NCBI GenBank assembly: GCA_963754875.1
Contig: CAVWHO010000016.1
Location: 160,001-224,000 of the forward strand
Length of the DNA stretch: 64,000 bases
From: Nitrospirota bacterium
GTDB taxonomy: Bacteria > Nitrospirota > UBA9217
Direction: 5' to 3'
Part shown: piece after piece, positions 51,785 through 63,057 of the stretch
Position numbering within the stretch: position 1 is the stretch's first letter
Layout: each line of letters begins with the position of its first letter
Position numbers and translations under genes: made by a program
The notes under the pieces: model-generated
The model's database searches: none
What the model saw: only the letters and a program-made list of their open reading frames with translations
What the model was told of the DNA's origin: nothing

Positions 51785-52720
51785 TCAGGCAATTTTTCTC
51801 TTTTTCCCCTTCCCCTCCTCTGCCGCAGATGCCTGCACCTCATGGCCTCCAAACTGATGCCTGAGGGCAGAGACGATCTGTCCGGCATAGGTGGGGTTTG
51901 TCTGCGACTGGAGCCGAAAATCGAGGGCTCCCTTGATGATAGGCGCGGGGACTCCGAACTCCTTCGCCGCGTCTATGGTCCACAGGGCCTCTCCGCTCTG
52001 CGCGACCGCGCCAGAGATACCTTCGAGGTTCTCACCGGATTGTTCATACGCAGCCTTGAGCCACCCAACCAGCCGCGATTCGATCACGCTCTTGTGGTTG
52101 TACAGCTCGGCGACCTTCGCCAGATCGAGGTCGAAGCCCGAAGCCTTCAGGATAGCAAACCCCTCGGCAAGCGCCTGCATCATGCCGTATTCGATCCCAT
52201 TATGGACCATCTTCACGAAATGGCCTGCACCCGATTTGCCGAAGTACGCGTACCCCTGATCGACCGAAGCGTCGCGAAAAATCTGTTCGTACCTGCGAAA
52301 TACTTTCTCGCTCCCGCCGACCATGATACACGCCCCCGTTCGCGCGCCGCCTGGACCACCGCTTACTCCCGCATCGAGAAAGTTGATGCCCTTACTCTCC
52401 AATTCCTGTGCCCGGCGAATCGAGTCCTTGTAGGGTGAATTGCCTCCGTCGATTATCGTATCACCTTTCGTCAAGTACGGCGAGAGGTCCTTCAAAATCG
52501 CATCGACCGCCTGATAGGGCACCATGATCCAGACAAGCCGCGGCGACTCCAGCGCAGTCACGAGCGAGCGGACCGAATCCGTTGCAATTGCCCCTTTTTG
52601 TGCGATTTTTTGGACAGGTGCTTTACTCCTGTTATAGGCAACGAGCTGGTGCCCCTTTTCGAGCAGCAACTCAGCCATGTTGTAGCCCATCTTGCCCAAA
52701 CCGATATATCCCAGCTTCAT
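51785..52720 (-). CDS. gnd: 6-phosphogluconate dehydrogenase (short, decarboxylating)
   Basis: GLGKMG, IDGGNS, GHFVKMVHNGIEYG, RHQFGGH motifs. Confidence 0.93.
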   Translation of the reverse strand: MKLGYIGLGKMGYNMAELLLEKGHQLVAYNRSKAPVQKIAQKGAIATDSVRSLVTALESPRLVWIMVPYQAVDAILKDLSPYLTKGDTIIDGGNSPYKDSIRRAQELESKGINFLDAGVSGGPGGARTGACIMVGGSEKVFRRYEQIFRDASVDQGYAYFGKSGAGHFVKMVHNGIEYGMMQALAEGFAILKASGFDLDLAKVAELYNHKSVIESRLVGWLKAAYEQSGENLEGISGAVAQSGEALWTIDAAKEFGVPAPIIKGALDFRLQSQTNPTYAGQIVSALRHQFGGHEVQASAAEEGKGKKRKIA

Positions 52721-52809
52721 GGCAATTTCTCCTTTTGAGTTCTTCGCAAATTATTGTGCGTCACAAGATTCAACAGCTTTCACCCACAGCCTGAATCCGG
52801 AGGGCCATT

Positions 52810-53265
52810 TTAGCGTTTAATGAGCTCCTTTTCGATATTCGCGATCTTGCTCAGCCGCCGCACATGCCGTTCCGCACCCGAGAATGTCGACTTCAAATAC
52901 GTAGCTACGATATCCTTTGCCAATTCAGGTCCGATGACCCGTGCTCCAAGACATAAAACATTCATATCATCGTCCTCCACGCCTTGGTGCGCAGAGAAGG
53001 TGTCGTGGCATATGGCGGCCCGGATCTCGGGGAATTTGTTCGCCGCTACACAGGCCCCGACCCCGCTGCCGCAGATAAGTATCCCCCGCTCTGCTCTCCC
53101 ATCGATAACAGCATTGGCCACGGCCCGGGCATAGTCAGGATAATCGACTGGGTCGCTGTCATAGGTCCCCAGGTCACGTACGGCGTGACCCAGCTTTTTA
53201 ATGTACTCCAGGAGAATTACTTTCAGGTGAAATCCCCCGTGGTCAGCACCGATGGCGATATTCAT
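52810..53265 (-). CDS. rpiB: Ribose-5-phosphate isomerase B
   Basis: GADHGG, CGSGVG, ANK, RHVRRL motifs. Confidence 0.93.
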   Translation of the reverse strand: MNIAIGADHGGFHLKVILLEYIKKLGHAVRDLGTYDSDPVDYPDYARAVANAVIDGRAERGILICGSGVGACVAANKFPEIRAAICHDTFSAHQGVEDDDMNVLCLGARVIGPELAKDIVATYLKSTFSGAERHVRRLSKIANIEKELIKR

Positions 53266-53291
53266 TGTCTTACGCTCCTTCACCGTCTTCA

Positions 53292-55037
53292 TCAACAATA
53301 AAGCGGATCGGCGCAGGTCAGGACCTGTTCGCTCTTGCTGCCGCTGCGAAAAACCGTAATACCTTTGACGCCTTCCCGGTAGGCGAGGAGAAAGGCCTTT
53401 CGCACGTCTTCCTCGGTGGCCTGCTGCGGAAAGTTGATCGTCTTGGACACGGCGTTGTCCGTGTGGCGCTGAAACGCCGCCTGCATGCGCACGTGCCACT
53501 CGGGCGCGATTTCGAAGGCCGTCACAAAAAGACGCTTCACGTCTTCGGGCACGCTGCTCATGCGCTGGATGGATTCTCCTGCCAGGACTCGCATCAGTAG
53601 CTGGTCGCTGAAGAACCCCTGCTTTTTTGCCGTTTCGAGGAAGGACTTGTTGAGCTCCGGGAGCTCGACGTCTCCCAGTATGTGGCGCGTAAAGGAGAGC
53701 GCAAAGAGCGGCTCGATGCCGCTTGAGCAGCCCGCAATGATCGAAAGTGTTCCCGTCGGAGCAACCGTCGTCACGGTCGCGTTCCTGAGAGCGGGGCCGC
53801 CCGCTCGATCGTATCTGCTCCCGGGATAGTTCGGAAACACACCGCGTTTTCGTGCAAGTTCGGCCGAATACGCCCGCCCTTTTTCCCTCACGAATTTCAT
53901 GATCTCCTCGCCCGTGCTCAGTGCTTCTTCGGAATCGTAAGGAATACCCAGGCGGATCAATATGTCGGCAAAACCCATGACGCCGAGGCCGATCTTCCGG
54001 TTGCCCTTTGCCATTCGGTCGATTTCGTCGAGCGGATACCGGCTCACATCGATCACGTCGTCCAGAAAATTGACGCCGATCCGCACGGTCTGTTTTAGTT
54101 TTTCCCAGTCTATCTCAGCAATACCGTTAACGGACTTGACCATCAGGCCGAGGTTGATAGACCCGAGATTGCACGGTTCGTAGGGCAGGAGCGGCTGCTC
54201 GCCGCAAGGATTGGTGCTCTCCATCTCTCCGAGCTGCGGGGTGGGATTGTCCCGGTTGATCCGGTCGAGAAACACTACGCCGGGATCTCCCGTTTTCCAG
54301 GCCATCTGCACGATCCTGTCGAAAACCTCCCGTGCCTTCAGCGTCTTGACCACCTGCCGGTTGTGCGGATTGACAAGCAACAGCTCCCCGCCGCTCTCGA
54401 CAGAATGCATGAAATTCTCGGTCACAGCCACAGAAATATTGAAATTTGTCAATTCTCTGTTGTCTTCCTTGGCTGAGATGAACTCCAGGATGTCGGGATG
54501 ATCCACGCGCAGGATTCCCATGTTCGCACCGCGCCGGGTTCCGCCTTGCTTGATCACCTCCGTGGCTATGTTGAAAACCCGCATGAACGATACCGGACCA
54601 CTTGCTGCGCCACTGGTGGTGCGCACGGCATCGTCCTTGGGCCGCAGCCTGCTGAACGAGAAGCCTGTGCCGCCTCCACTCTGGTGGATGAGGGCCGTAT
54701 TCTTGACTCCGTCGAAGATGGATTCGAGCGAATCTTCGATCGGCAGCACGAAACAAGCTGCCAGCTGCTGAAGAGGCCGACCTGCATTCATCAGGGTCGG
54801 TGAATTCGGCAGGAATTCGAGATTTGCGAGTACGCTAAAAAATTCCTCTTCCGTTGCTCGGATATCCGCGTGGTCGTCATAGAGAAGCTCGGCCTGGGCA
54901 ACATTGCTCGCCACCCTGCGAAACATCTCTTCCGGCGACTCTACAGGCCTCCCGTGGTCGTCCTTTTTCAAATAGCGGCGCGAAAGCACCGCCAATGCAT
55001 TTGCAGTAAGGCCCGTATCCTGTGTCTTTACAGTCAT
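53292..55037 (-). CDS. nrdJ: Second, short class II ribonucleotide reductase (no TSCPD domain)
   Basis: PNSPTLMNAG, AACFV, TNPCGEQPL, APTGT; C-terminus QVLTCADPLYC. Confidence 0.92.
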   Translation of the reverse strand: MTVKTQDTGLTANALAVLSRRYLKKDDHGRPVESPEEMFRRVASNVAQAELLYDDHADIRATEEEFFSVLANLEFLPNSPTLMNAGRPLQQLAACFVLPIEDSLESIFDGVKNTALIHQSGGGTGFSFSRLRPKDDAVRTTSGAASGPVSFMRVFNIATEVIKQGGTRRGANMGILRVDHPDILEFISAKEDNRELTNFNISVAVTENFMHSVESGGELLLVNPHNRQVVKTLKAREVFDRIVQMAWKTGDPGVVFLDRINRDNPTPQLGEMESTNPCGEQPLLPYEPCNLGSINLGLMVKSVNGIAEIDWEKLKQTVRIGVNFLDDVIDVSRYPLDEIDRMAKGNRKIGLGVMGFADILIRLGIPYDSEEALSTGEEIMKFVREKGRAYSAELARKRGVFPNYPGSRYDRAGGPALRNATVTTVAPTGTLSIIAGCSSGIEPLFALSFTRHILGDVELPELNKSFLETAKKQGFFSDQLLMRVLAGESIQRMSSVPEDVKRLFVTAFEIAPEWHVRMQAAFQRHTDNAVSKTINFPQQATEEDVRKAFLLAYREGVKGITVFRSGSKSEQVLTCADPLYC

Positions 55038-55121
55038 TCTGAACCCCTAACCACTATTTTAGCACTCTTGAGAATCGACCGTACTTTCACCAGCTTGGTA
55101 GAAAGAAACGCCATCACGACC

Positions 55122-55829
55122 TTAGTAGTAAGAGACGAACAGGACCAGGAACAGGATGCTTTTTGTGACCTCGATCCAACCGGTAGTCTGCAGCCTGACT
55201 TTGTAGAGCGTGGCTGCAGCTACGAGGTTCTCGACCAGGGGAAGGAGAATGAGCAGGGGGATAAACATTCGGTGATAGACATATGCGGAGAGCAACACAT
55301 ACACAATCGTCAGGATCCGGTCCGCCGTTTTTTTCATCAGCATCGCCTTGATCTTGAAAATACCGGCGGTAAAATACACCGCCAGGCCGAGGAACAACCT
55401 GACGTCAAGCCCCCCGGTGAGGAGGTACTTCGCAAGCACGCCCGCCAGGCTGAGCAGCACGAACCCCAGGATCTCCGTGAGAATAAAATGCTCGCCAGCC
55501 AGCTTGTTTGACAGGAGATAGGCCGCAGGGAAAATCAAGAGCGGCAGAAGCATGGTTATATCGTTCCGGAAGACGGCGAGCAGGATCGCTGCCGCCGAAG
55601 CGACGTGGCCCAGGAAAACGACCAGCGGCGTTCGGTCGTCCCTGCTGCGACGCCATTTCATGAATGCCTGTTTGGAGTTAATCAGCACGGCAAGTGCGGC
55701 AAAGAGTGGAAAGAGTAACCACGTAAATGCGTGGCTTACACCAGCGCCTATTAAATACGCGACGACCAATACGCTCCACGAGCCATACTCTTTTAAGAGG
55801 TATGATTTTGCTTCTGTTTTCATATACAA
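55122..55829 (-). CDS. YwiC-like membrane protein
   Basis: KEYGSW N-terminal motif, multiple TM helices, GWIEV near the end. Confidence 0.7.
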   Translation of the reverse strand: MYMKTEAKSYLLKEYGSWSVLVVAYLIGAGVSHAFTWLLFPLFAALAVLINSKQAFMKWRRSRDDRTPLVVFLGHVASAAAILLAVFRNDITMLLPLLIFPAAYLLSNKLAGEHFILTEILGFVLLSLAGVLAKYLLTGGLDVRLFLGLAVYFTAGIFKIKAMLMKKTADRILTIVYVLLSAYVYHRMFIPLLILLPLVENLVAAATLYKVRLQTTGWIEVTKSILFLVLFVSYY

Positions 55830-56034
55830 AGTATATCATGGGTCGCGAGATGCTGTTATGAGGGGAATCATGATTTCGAAACGTGAAACGCATTCCGACA
55901 GATAAATCTGTCTGACCATGATTGGAGTGCGACGGCAGAACAAGGTTGTGGTAGCCGCAATTTCGCGCTCTGTCTTGACAACGGGAAAGGCTGGATAGTG
56001 TTGAAGTAGATTGTCGAAGTGAAAGGAGGCAGAG

Positions 56035-56413
56035 AGGAAGAAGCGTATAACCATAGACGTTTTGGCCTTTGCTCTTGCCTTAGGGGCAGCGTATGCTGCA
56101 GAGGTGAGCACGCCTATGACGGGCGGGACGAGTGTTTCAGAAATGTATATGCCAATGACGCACGAGATGAGCAGTGCAGGAACCTATAATGGTATTACCT
56201 GTTTTGATACTGGTTCAGGGTGTGAGATTGCTCAAGGCGCAGGTGCAGACGGATTCGCTCCAGAAGAACCAGGCTTAGAACAGAACGACGGATGACGAGT
56301 TCTGATTTAGGCAGGGCTCCCTGGCAGGAAAGGGTTCATGCATAGAAAGCACCGTTTCTGCGGGACCCGCAAGAGATAACGGTGTTACGGTTTTTTTGAA
56401 ACAGAACCGATAG
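56035..56413 (+). pseudogene. Decayed small secreted protein gene
   Basis: GAAAGGAGG RBS followed by AGG-AAG-AAG (lost ATG) and a signal peptide; NGITCF/NGVTVF repeats in different frames. Confidence 0.4.
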
Positions 56414-56542
56414 AAGCGAATGACGAGCTTCTTTAAAAAGACGACAATAAGGCGGTGCAAATCAAAAGTAAGCGGACAGTAGCAAGTATCAAATGTAGAG
56501 TAAAAAAAGCAGGCGATAAGTTAGCCTGCTTTTTGTTTCCTG

Positions 56543-57181
56543 CTACGGGAATATCGCCCCTTGAGTGAATCCATGCTTGGTACTTACATCATAAGCCTGC
56601 TCATCGTCGTTCAATTTCTTCATTCTCAGGCGGCAGAGCGTCTGCACTTCCCGGTCAAGGCCGGAGCAGCTCGGCGCCGGCGGTAATTTGCCCACGGATT
56701 GAGAAAGTTCAGTTGCCGCTTTCACGGCAATGTCCCGATGCCCGTTTTCATGCACGGTGAGGTTTTTCATGTAACTGTCCCATTTGGCTACGAGCGGCTG
56801 GGGCACCCCACCGGCGTGGACCCATTTGGGATAGAGGAAGACCACCTCGACAGAGGCTTTGAAAGAAACCGCAGTACAGGACTGGGGGGCACGGTCGTAA
56901 TCGTAGTTCCACTTCACTCGCCAGCTTGTCACAGAATCGTACTTTCTTCCATCATCCCATCTGCAGCTGTTATGGTTCATGTCACAACGCAATTCCGGTT
57001 CGCTCGACCCCTTGACTTCATAGTATTCGAACTTTTCAGTCACCTTGGGCGAAATTGACGGCTTTATCATGAGACGGTCAATGTTTTTATCAACTTTTGC
57101 AATAACGATTTTATCTTGAGCTGCACCTATTGATGCAGCAGCAATTAACAGAAGTAGAAGAAAAACCGTGCTTTTTATCAT
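56543..57181 (-). CDS. DUF922-like secreted Zn-dependent protease
   Basis: EYYEVKG, L.VHENGH (HExxH), YDVSTKHG..QG motifs. Confidence 0.8.
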   Translation of the reverse strand: MIKSTVFLLLLLIAAASIGAAQDKIVIAKVDKNIDRLMIKPSISPKVTEKFEYYEVKGSSEPELRCDMNHNSCRWDDGRKYDSVTSWRVKWNYDYDRAPQSCTAVSFKASVEVVFLYPKWVHAGGVPQPLVAKWDSYMKNLTVHENGHRDIAVKAATELSQSVGKLPPAPSCSGLDREVQTLCRLRMKKLNDDEQAYDVSTKHGFTQGAIFP

Positions 57182-57553
57182 GTCGAAACCCCAAATAAAA
57201 TACTTGGATTTAGGTGTCTCTATTCTTTATAAGAAATCAGGTGAAGAAAAAACAATGGCAAGAAAAAAAAGAAACGAGGGCATAGCCTCGAACAAATGTT
57301 CGCACATTTGATTGTAACATACAACTTTCGACCATTTGAATCAAGTGAGAAAAAAGGATCGGAGTTATGTCCTAGCCCGTGATAGAGTACTTTCGGCTTA
57401 TGGAACATTCTGACTCAGGTACACTTTTTGGTCTTCTTTATCAGCAGGCAATATGATTCTGAAGTCTGACAATAAAAAAGGCCAGGCATTCAGCCTGGCC
57501 AATTTGCGGACGTTTCCATTCCTGCATTTTCCCGTATCCGGAAAGCGCAGCAC

Positions 57554-59008
57554 TCACATGATCCCGGTGATCGAGGCACGCGCGTAGTTCAGGATATCCG
57601 TCGGATACACCCCGATAACGAGCACAGCGGTTACCGAGATCGCCAGCGCCAGTGCGAGGGACGGAGACGTCAAAAGCTCAACGCTGCCTTTCGGCTCATG
57701 CATATACATGACCATGATGACCCGGAGATAAAAATAGGCGCTCACCGCAGAGAACAGCACACCCGCTACCGCAAGCCAAATGAGCCCTGCCTGCACCGCG
57801 GATTTAAAGATATAAAATTTCCCCACGAACCCTGCAAGAGGCGGGATGCCGGTGAGCGAGAACATGAAAATCAACATAAGAAAAGCCGCGGTCTTGTTCG
57901 TTTTGCCGAGCCCCGCAAAATCGGAAATTTCCTCGCCCCGCTCCCCAGCTTTTCTGAGCATGATCACAACGCCGAAAGCGCCCATGTTCATGAGGGCATA
58001 GATGCAGACATACAACATCACGCTCGCAGCGCCATCCGGCCCTCCGGCTGCAAGACCGACGAGAGCATACCCGGCATGGGCAATTGACGAGTAGGCGAGC
58101 ATCCGCTTGATATTGGTCTGGGACAAGGCCATGATGTTGCCGACGGCCATGGTAAGGACCGCAAGCCCGGAAATGATTACCGTAGAGTGTTGGTGCAGCG
58201 GTTCAAAGGCATACAGGAAAACCCTGAGCAGCACGGCGAAACCGGCCACCTTGGGTCCTGCAGACATAAAAGCCGTAACCGAGGTCGGCGCCCCCTCATA
58301 CACATCAGGCACCCACATATGGAACGGCACGGCTGCCACCTTGAACCCGAAGCTCACGACCAGCATGATCATGGCGAGAAAGATGATAGGGTTCGTAAGG
58401 CTGGTACTACGCAGGTACGTCAGGATCCCGGTGAGATTCGTGGTGCCCGAAAGCCCGTAGAGAAGCGACATGCCGTAGATCATAATGGCCGAAGAAAAGG
58501 CGCCAAGGATGAGATATTTGATCGCGGCCTCGTTCGACCGGTTGTTGTGCCGCATAAAGCCCGCAAGAATGTAGATGGAGAGGGCCATGAGTTCCAGGCC
58601 AAGATAAATCGTAATCAGGTCCCCTGCCGATGCCATGAGCATCATACCGCTCGTTGCAAAGAGCATGAGGGCGTAGTATTCGCCGCGATGGATGTCCTCG
58701 ATCTTGAGGTAGTTGATTGAAACCAGGATCCCGAGTCCGCAGGCAATGTAGAAGACAAATTTAAAAAATGTGGAGAAGGCGTCCAGCTGAAACGTTCCGG
58801 CAAAAACGACCTCGTTTGCGCCCATTAACTTATAAGTAGCGATGGCTGCACCGACGACGCCGAGCACGCTGAACCAGCCGAGTATTGATTTTCGGTCCTT
58901 CTCGACGAAGAAATCGAAGATGAGCACTAAGAGAGCAGTGACGATCATGATAGTCTCAGGCAATATCGGAATTATCTTTTGCAGAAATTGTTGATACAGA
59001 GTGGGCAT
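57554..59008 (-). CDS. nuoN: NADH-quinone oxidoreductase subunit N
   Basis: FKVAAVPFHMWVPDVYEGAP, KRMLAYSSIAH motifs. Confidence 0.95.
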   Translation of the reverse strand: MPTLYQQFLQKIIPILPETIMIVTALLVLIFDFFVEKDRKSILGWFSVLGVVGAAIATYKLMGANEVVFAGTFQLDAFSTFFKFVFYIACGLGILVSINYLKIEDIHRGEYYALMLFATSGMMLMASAGDLITIYLGLELMALSIYILAGFMRHNNRSNEAAIKYLILGAFSSAIMIYGMSLLYGLSGTTNLTGILTYLRSTSLTNPIIFLAMIMLVVSFGFKVAAVPFHMWVPDVYEGAPTSVTAFMSAGPKVAGFAVLLRVFLYAFEPLHQHSTVIISGLAVLTMAVGNIMALSQTNIKRMLAYSSIAHAGYALVGLAAGGPDGAASVMLYVCIYALMNMGAFGVVIMLRKAGERGEEISDFAGLGKTNKTAAFLMLIFMFSLTGIPPLAGFVGKFYIFKSAVQAGLIWLAVAGVLFSAVSAYFYLRVIMVMYMHEPKGSVELLTSPSLALALAISVTAVLVIGVYPTDILNYARASITGIM

Positions 59009-59022
59009 GATTTCTCCTTACC

Positions 59023-60561
59023 TTATTTTCCTATCACGGTGCTGAGCATCTGGGTGACCGCCGGTGCCGTCGCCACCTTGGCGTTGATCTGCTGAACCAA
59101 GTTTTCCACCGAGGCATGCATCACACCAAAGGCGGCGTTCGGGTAAAGACCGATGAGGAACACCAGCACGACGAGCGGAAATGCCGCCGCAACTTCGCGG
59201 ACATTCATGTCTGCAAGGTGCTCATTATGTGAATTCGTTATCTTGCCGAAGGCAACGCGCTGGTAGAGCCAGAGCATGTATCCTGCGCCGAGGATGATGC
59301 CCAGCGACGCGATCACGGCGTACGGTTTATAGTGCAAAAATGCGCCCAGGAGGATCGTGAACTCGCCGATAAAACCGTTCGTTCCCGGCAGCCCGATTGA
59401 CGAAAACGTGATGATCATCAGGAATGTGGCGTACACCGGCACCCGGGCCGCGATCCCGCCGTAGTCCGCGATCTGCCTCGTGTGGGTCCGCTCGTAGATC
59501 ACACCCACGGCGAGGAACAGCGCGCCGGTCGAGATGCCATGATTCAGCATCTGAAGGATGCCGCCTTCGAGGCCCTGGAGGTTCAACGCAAAGATGCCGA
59601 GGGTCACAAAGCCCATATGGCTAACACTGGAGTAAGCAATGAGCTTCTTGAAATCGGTCTGCGCAAAGGCCATATAGGCGCCGTAGATGATGGCAATGAC
59701 CGAGAGCACCATGATGGCAGGCGTCCAGGCAATGGCCGCGTCGGGGAAGAAGGGCAGCGAGAAGCGCAGAAACCCGTAGGCCCCCATCTTGATGAGGATG
59801 CCCGCAAGAATGATACTGCCGGCAGTCGGCGCCTCAACGTGGGCGTCGGGCAGCCAGGTGTGGACCGGGAACATCGGGACCTTGACGGCAAAAGCCGCGA
59901 AGAAGGCCGCAAACACCCACATCTGGAAGGTGTAGTCGAATTTATGATTCATGAGCGCGAGCACGTCGAACGTGTGTCCGGCCGCGAAATAGACCGCGAT
60001 GATCGCGATGAGCATGAGCACGCTGCCGACCAGCGTGTAGAGGAAGAACTTGATTGCTGCATACAGCCGGTTCGGACCGCCCCAGATCCCGATCAGAAGG
60101 TACATGGGGATGAGCATGGCTTCCCAGAAAATATAGAAGAGGAAGAGGTCAAGGGAAACAAAGACGCCGATCATGGCCGCTTCGAGGAACAGCATGGCGA
60201 TCATGAATTCCCGCACCCGGTCCTGGATGGCGGTCCAGGAGACCATGATCGATATGACCGTGAGGAGCGCAGACAGCGCGACGAACAGAATGCTGATCCC
60301 GTCAACGCCGAGCCGGTAATTGATGTTCCAGGCCGCGATCCAGGGCATGCTCTCGCCGAACTGCATGTTGGCAATGGAACTGTCGAAGTTTAGGAGAAGC
60401 GGTATGCACAGGCCGAGTTCGATGAGCGAAAAGGCGAGTGCTGTCCAGCGCACCACAACCGCATTTCGAATGAAAAGCAGGATAAACGCCCCGGTCACGG
60501 GGAGAAGGATAAAAAGGCTCAGCAGCGGATAGTCAAGCTGATTGAGTTTCAATTCGAGCAT
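59023..60561 (-). CDS. nuoM: NADH-quinone oxidoreductase subunit M
   Basis: KVPMFPVHTWLPDAHVEAP, IAYSSVSHMG motifs. Confidence 0.95.
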   Translation of the reverse strand: MLELKLNQLDYPLLSLFILLPVTGAFILLFIRNAVVVRWTALAFSLIELGLCIPLLLNFDSSIANMQFGESMPWIAAWNINYRLGVDGISILFVALSALLTVISIMVSWTAIQDRVREFMIAMLFLEAAMIGVFVSLDLFLFYIFWEAMLIPMYLLIGIWGGPNRLYAAIKFFLYTLVGSVLMLIAIIAVYFAAGHTFDVLALMNHKFDYTFQMWVFAAFFAAFAVKVPMFPVHTWLPDAHVEAPTAGSIILAGILIKMGAYGFLRFSLPFFPDAAIAWTPAIMVLSVIAIIYGAYMAFAQTDFKKLIAYSSVSHMGFVTLGIFALNLQGLEGGILQMLNHGISTGALFLAVGVIYERTHTRQIADYGGIAARVPVYATFLMIITFSSIGLPGTNGFIGEFTILLGAFLHYKPYAVIASLGIILGAGYMLWLYQRVAFGKITNSHNEHLADMNVREVAAAFPLVVLVFLIGLYPNAAFGVMHASVENLVQQINAKVATAPAVTQMLSTVIGK

Positions 60562-60674
60562 GGATAAACTCCTTAATGAAACAGGGTACTGAGTGCAGAG
60601 TTCAGCGTGAAACCGTAATCGCTAAAGGAACGTTTGGCTATGTATTCGTATTATGGATCTTATAACTTCGTACG

Positions 60675-62610
60675 TTAATTAAAAATGTAGTACAAACCTA
60701 CCAGCACCACGAGGCCGAGCCCCATGGTAAAGGCGTACTGCTGCACATAACCGCTCTGAAGTTTCTTGCCGCTCTGACTCGTAGAGCCGATGAAGCCGGG
60801 CAATGCCATTCACCGCGCCGTCTACGATTTTCACGTCCCCCACCGTGTAGAGGAATTTCGCGAGTTTGTGGACCAGGCCGTCGACGAAGATGTAGTTGTA
60901 GATCTCGTCAACCTTGTACTTGTGCAGGAGCAGGTTGTACGTGCCGGCGAATTTCGTCGCCATTCGATCGGGGACTGACGTGTTCTTTACATACAGCATA
61001 TACGCAAGCCGGATACCGGCCGCTGCAACAGCCACGGAAAATACCATGAGCCCGAGTTCGAGCCAATGGCTTTCCGCTTCTGCAGCGTGCTCAGCGTGGG
61101 GAAAGAGCGGCGCTAGAAAATCTCCGAACAGGTTCGCATGGGGAATAATCGCACCCGGTATGCCGATCAAGCCGATGAACGCGGCGAAGAACGCGAGGAT
61201 CATGAGCGGTACGGTCATGACCTTGGGCGATTCATGCACGTGGTGCTCAACATCATGGTCCATCCGCGACTTGCCGTAGAAGGTAAGATAGATCAGCCGG
61301 AAGGAGTAGAAGGCAGTCATGAACGCACCGACTACGCCGAGTACCCACAACAGTCTGCCGAGGGACGAAGCGTTATAGGCGCTCCAGAGAATCTCGTCCT
61401 TGCTGAAGAAACCGGCAAAGGGGAAGATGCCGGCAAGCGCAAGCGAACCGATAATGAAAACGACATGGGTAATCTTGATCTTGGATTTGAGCGCGCCCAT
61501 CTTGCGCATGTCCTGCTCGCCCGAAAGGGAATGGATCACACTGCCCGAAGCAAGGAACAGGAGCCCTTTGAAAAACGCATGCGTCGTGAGATGGAAGATG
61601 CCGGCAGAGTACGCCCCCACGCCGAGGCCCAGGAACATATACCCGAGCTGGCTGATCGTGGAATAGGCAATTACCCGCTTTATATCGTTCTGCACGAGAC
61701 CGATGGTCGCGGCAAAGACGGCGGTCAGACCGCCCACGATCGCTACGGTGTTCATCGCAGTTTCAGAGAGCGAGAAGATCGGCGCGCAGCGCGCCACCAT
61801 GAACACGCCGGCGGTCACCATGGTTGCAGCATGGATCAGGGCGCTGACCGGGGTAGGGCCTTCCATGGCATCGGGCAGCCAGACATACAGAGGAAGCTGC
61901 GCAGATTTGCCCATCGCTCCCAGGAACAGGAGGAGCGCGATCAGCGTGACCACGTTGATCTCCCCGCCGAAGAGCTGATAGGTCTGGCTCGTGATCGCCG
62001 GGGAACCCATTGAGGCGAAGACTTCGGAAAAATCGAGAGTGCCGCAGGTCAGAAAAATGAGTAGAACGCCGAGCACGAACCCGAAGTCGCCCACGCGGTT
62101 TACCACAAAAGCCTTGACGCCCGCATCAGCAGCCGACTTTTTCTCGTACCAGAAACCGATGAGCAGGTAGGAGCAGAGGCCCACGCCTTCCCAGCCCACG
62201 AACATGACCAGGAAGTTATTGGCCATCACAAGTACGAGCATGAAGAACGTGAAGAGCGCCAGGTAGGAGAAGAACCGGGGATATCCCTTGTCGCCGTGCA
62301 TGTAGCCTACGGAGTAAATATGAATGAGCGAACTGAGCGTGGTCACCACCAGCAGCATCACCGCGGTGAGCTGATCTATCTGGAAACCCACGTTGACCGA
62401 GAAGGTGCCGACTGAGATCCAGTTGTAAAAATTCTCATTCAGCTTTGCCCCGCCGAGGACATCGATGAACGCGCTGATGGAAAGAATGAACGCGCCGATC
62501 ACGCCCGCAATGGGGAAGTAGGCGGCCCTCTCTTTCAGGATTTTCCCGAACAGCCCCGCAATCAAAAAGCCGGCAAACGGCAAGAGCGGTATGAGTGCGT
62601 ATGTGAGCAT
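60675..62610 (-). CDS. nuoL: NADH-quinone oxidoreductase subunit L (+1 frameshift at ~60798, probably an error)
   Basis: GKSAQLPLYVWLPDAMEGPTPVSALIHAATMV; C-terminus LQSGYVQQYA in the shifted frame. Confidence 0.93.
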
Positions 62611-62664
62611 GTCATGCACCTCGATTTTCAACGGAATAATACGTTCTCAACAGCGGACCGGAAC

Positions 62665-62967
62665 TCAGCCCTTCATGATATTGAACTCGTCCACGTAGAT
62701 GCTCCCCCGGTTGCGCGAGAGCAGAATGATGATTGCGAGCGCCACGGCAGCCTCGGCAGCGGCCACCGTTATGACGAAGATGACGAAGATCTGTCCGGTC
62801 AACGATTGCAAATAGTGTGAAAAAGCGACAAGGTTGATGTTCGCCGCATTCAGCATGAGTTCAATGGACATCAGAATGATGAATATGTTGCGCCGGCTCA
62901 AGACGCCTATGATGCCGATCGAGAACAGTGCTGCGCTCAGCATGATATACCAGGACAGGGGGATCAT
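62665..62967 (-). CDS. nuoK: NADH-quinone oxidoreductase subunit K
   Basis: MSIELMLNA, VAAAEAAVALA motifs. Confidence 0.95.
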   Translation of the reverse strand: MIPLSWYIMLSAALFSIGIIGVLSRRNIFIILMSIELMLNAANINLVAFSHYLQSLTGQIFVIFVITVAAAEAAVALAIIILLSRNRGSIYVDEFNIMKG

Positions 62968-63057
62968 GGGACCTCCAGACTAATCAGGGTCATGGGGCAG
63001 GGGTCATGGGTCACGATTTCCTTGACCCTTGCTGCTTGACCCTTGACCCGTCTTTTT

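Noticed and set aside
53280..53294. Several TGAs after the terminal Cys of nrdJ2 as possible Sec
   Set aside because: No SECIS-like hairpin seen; the region is the rpiB RBS spacer.
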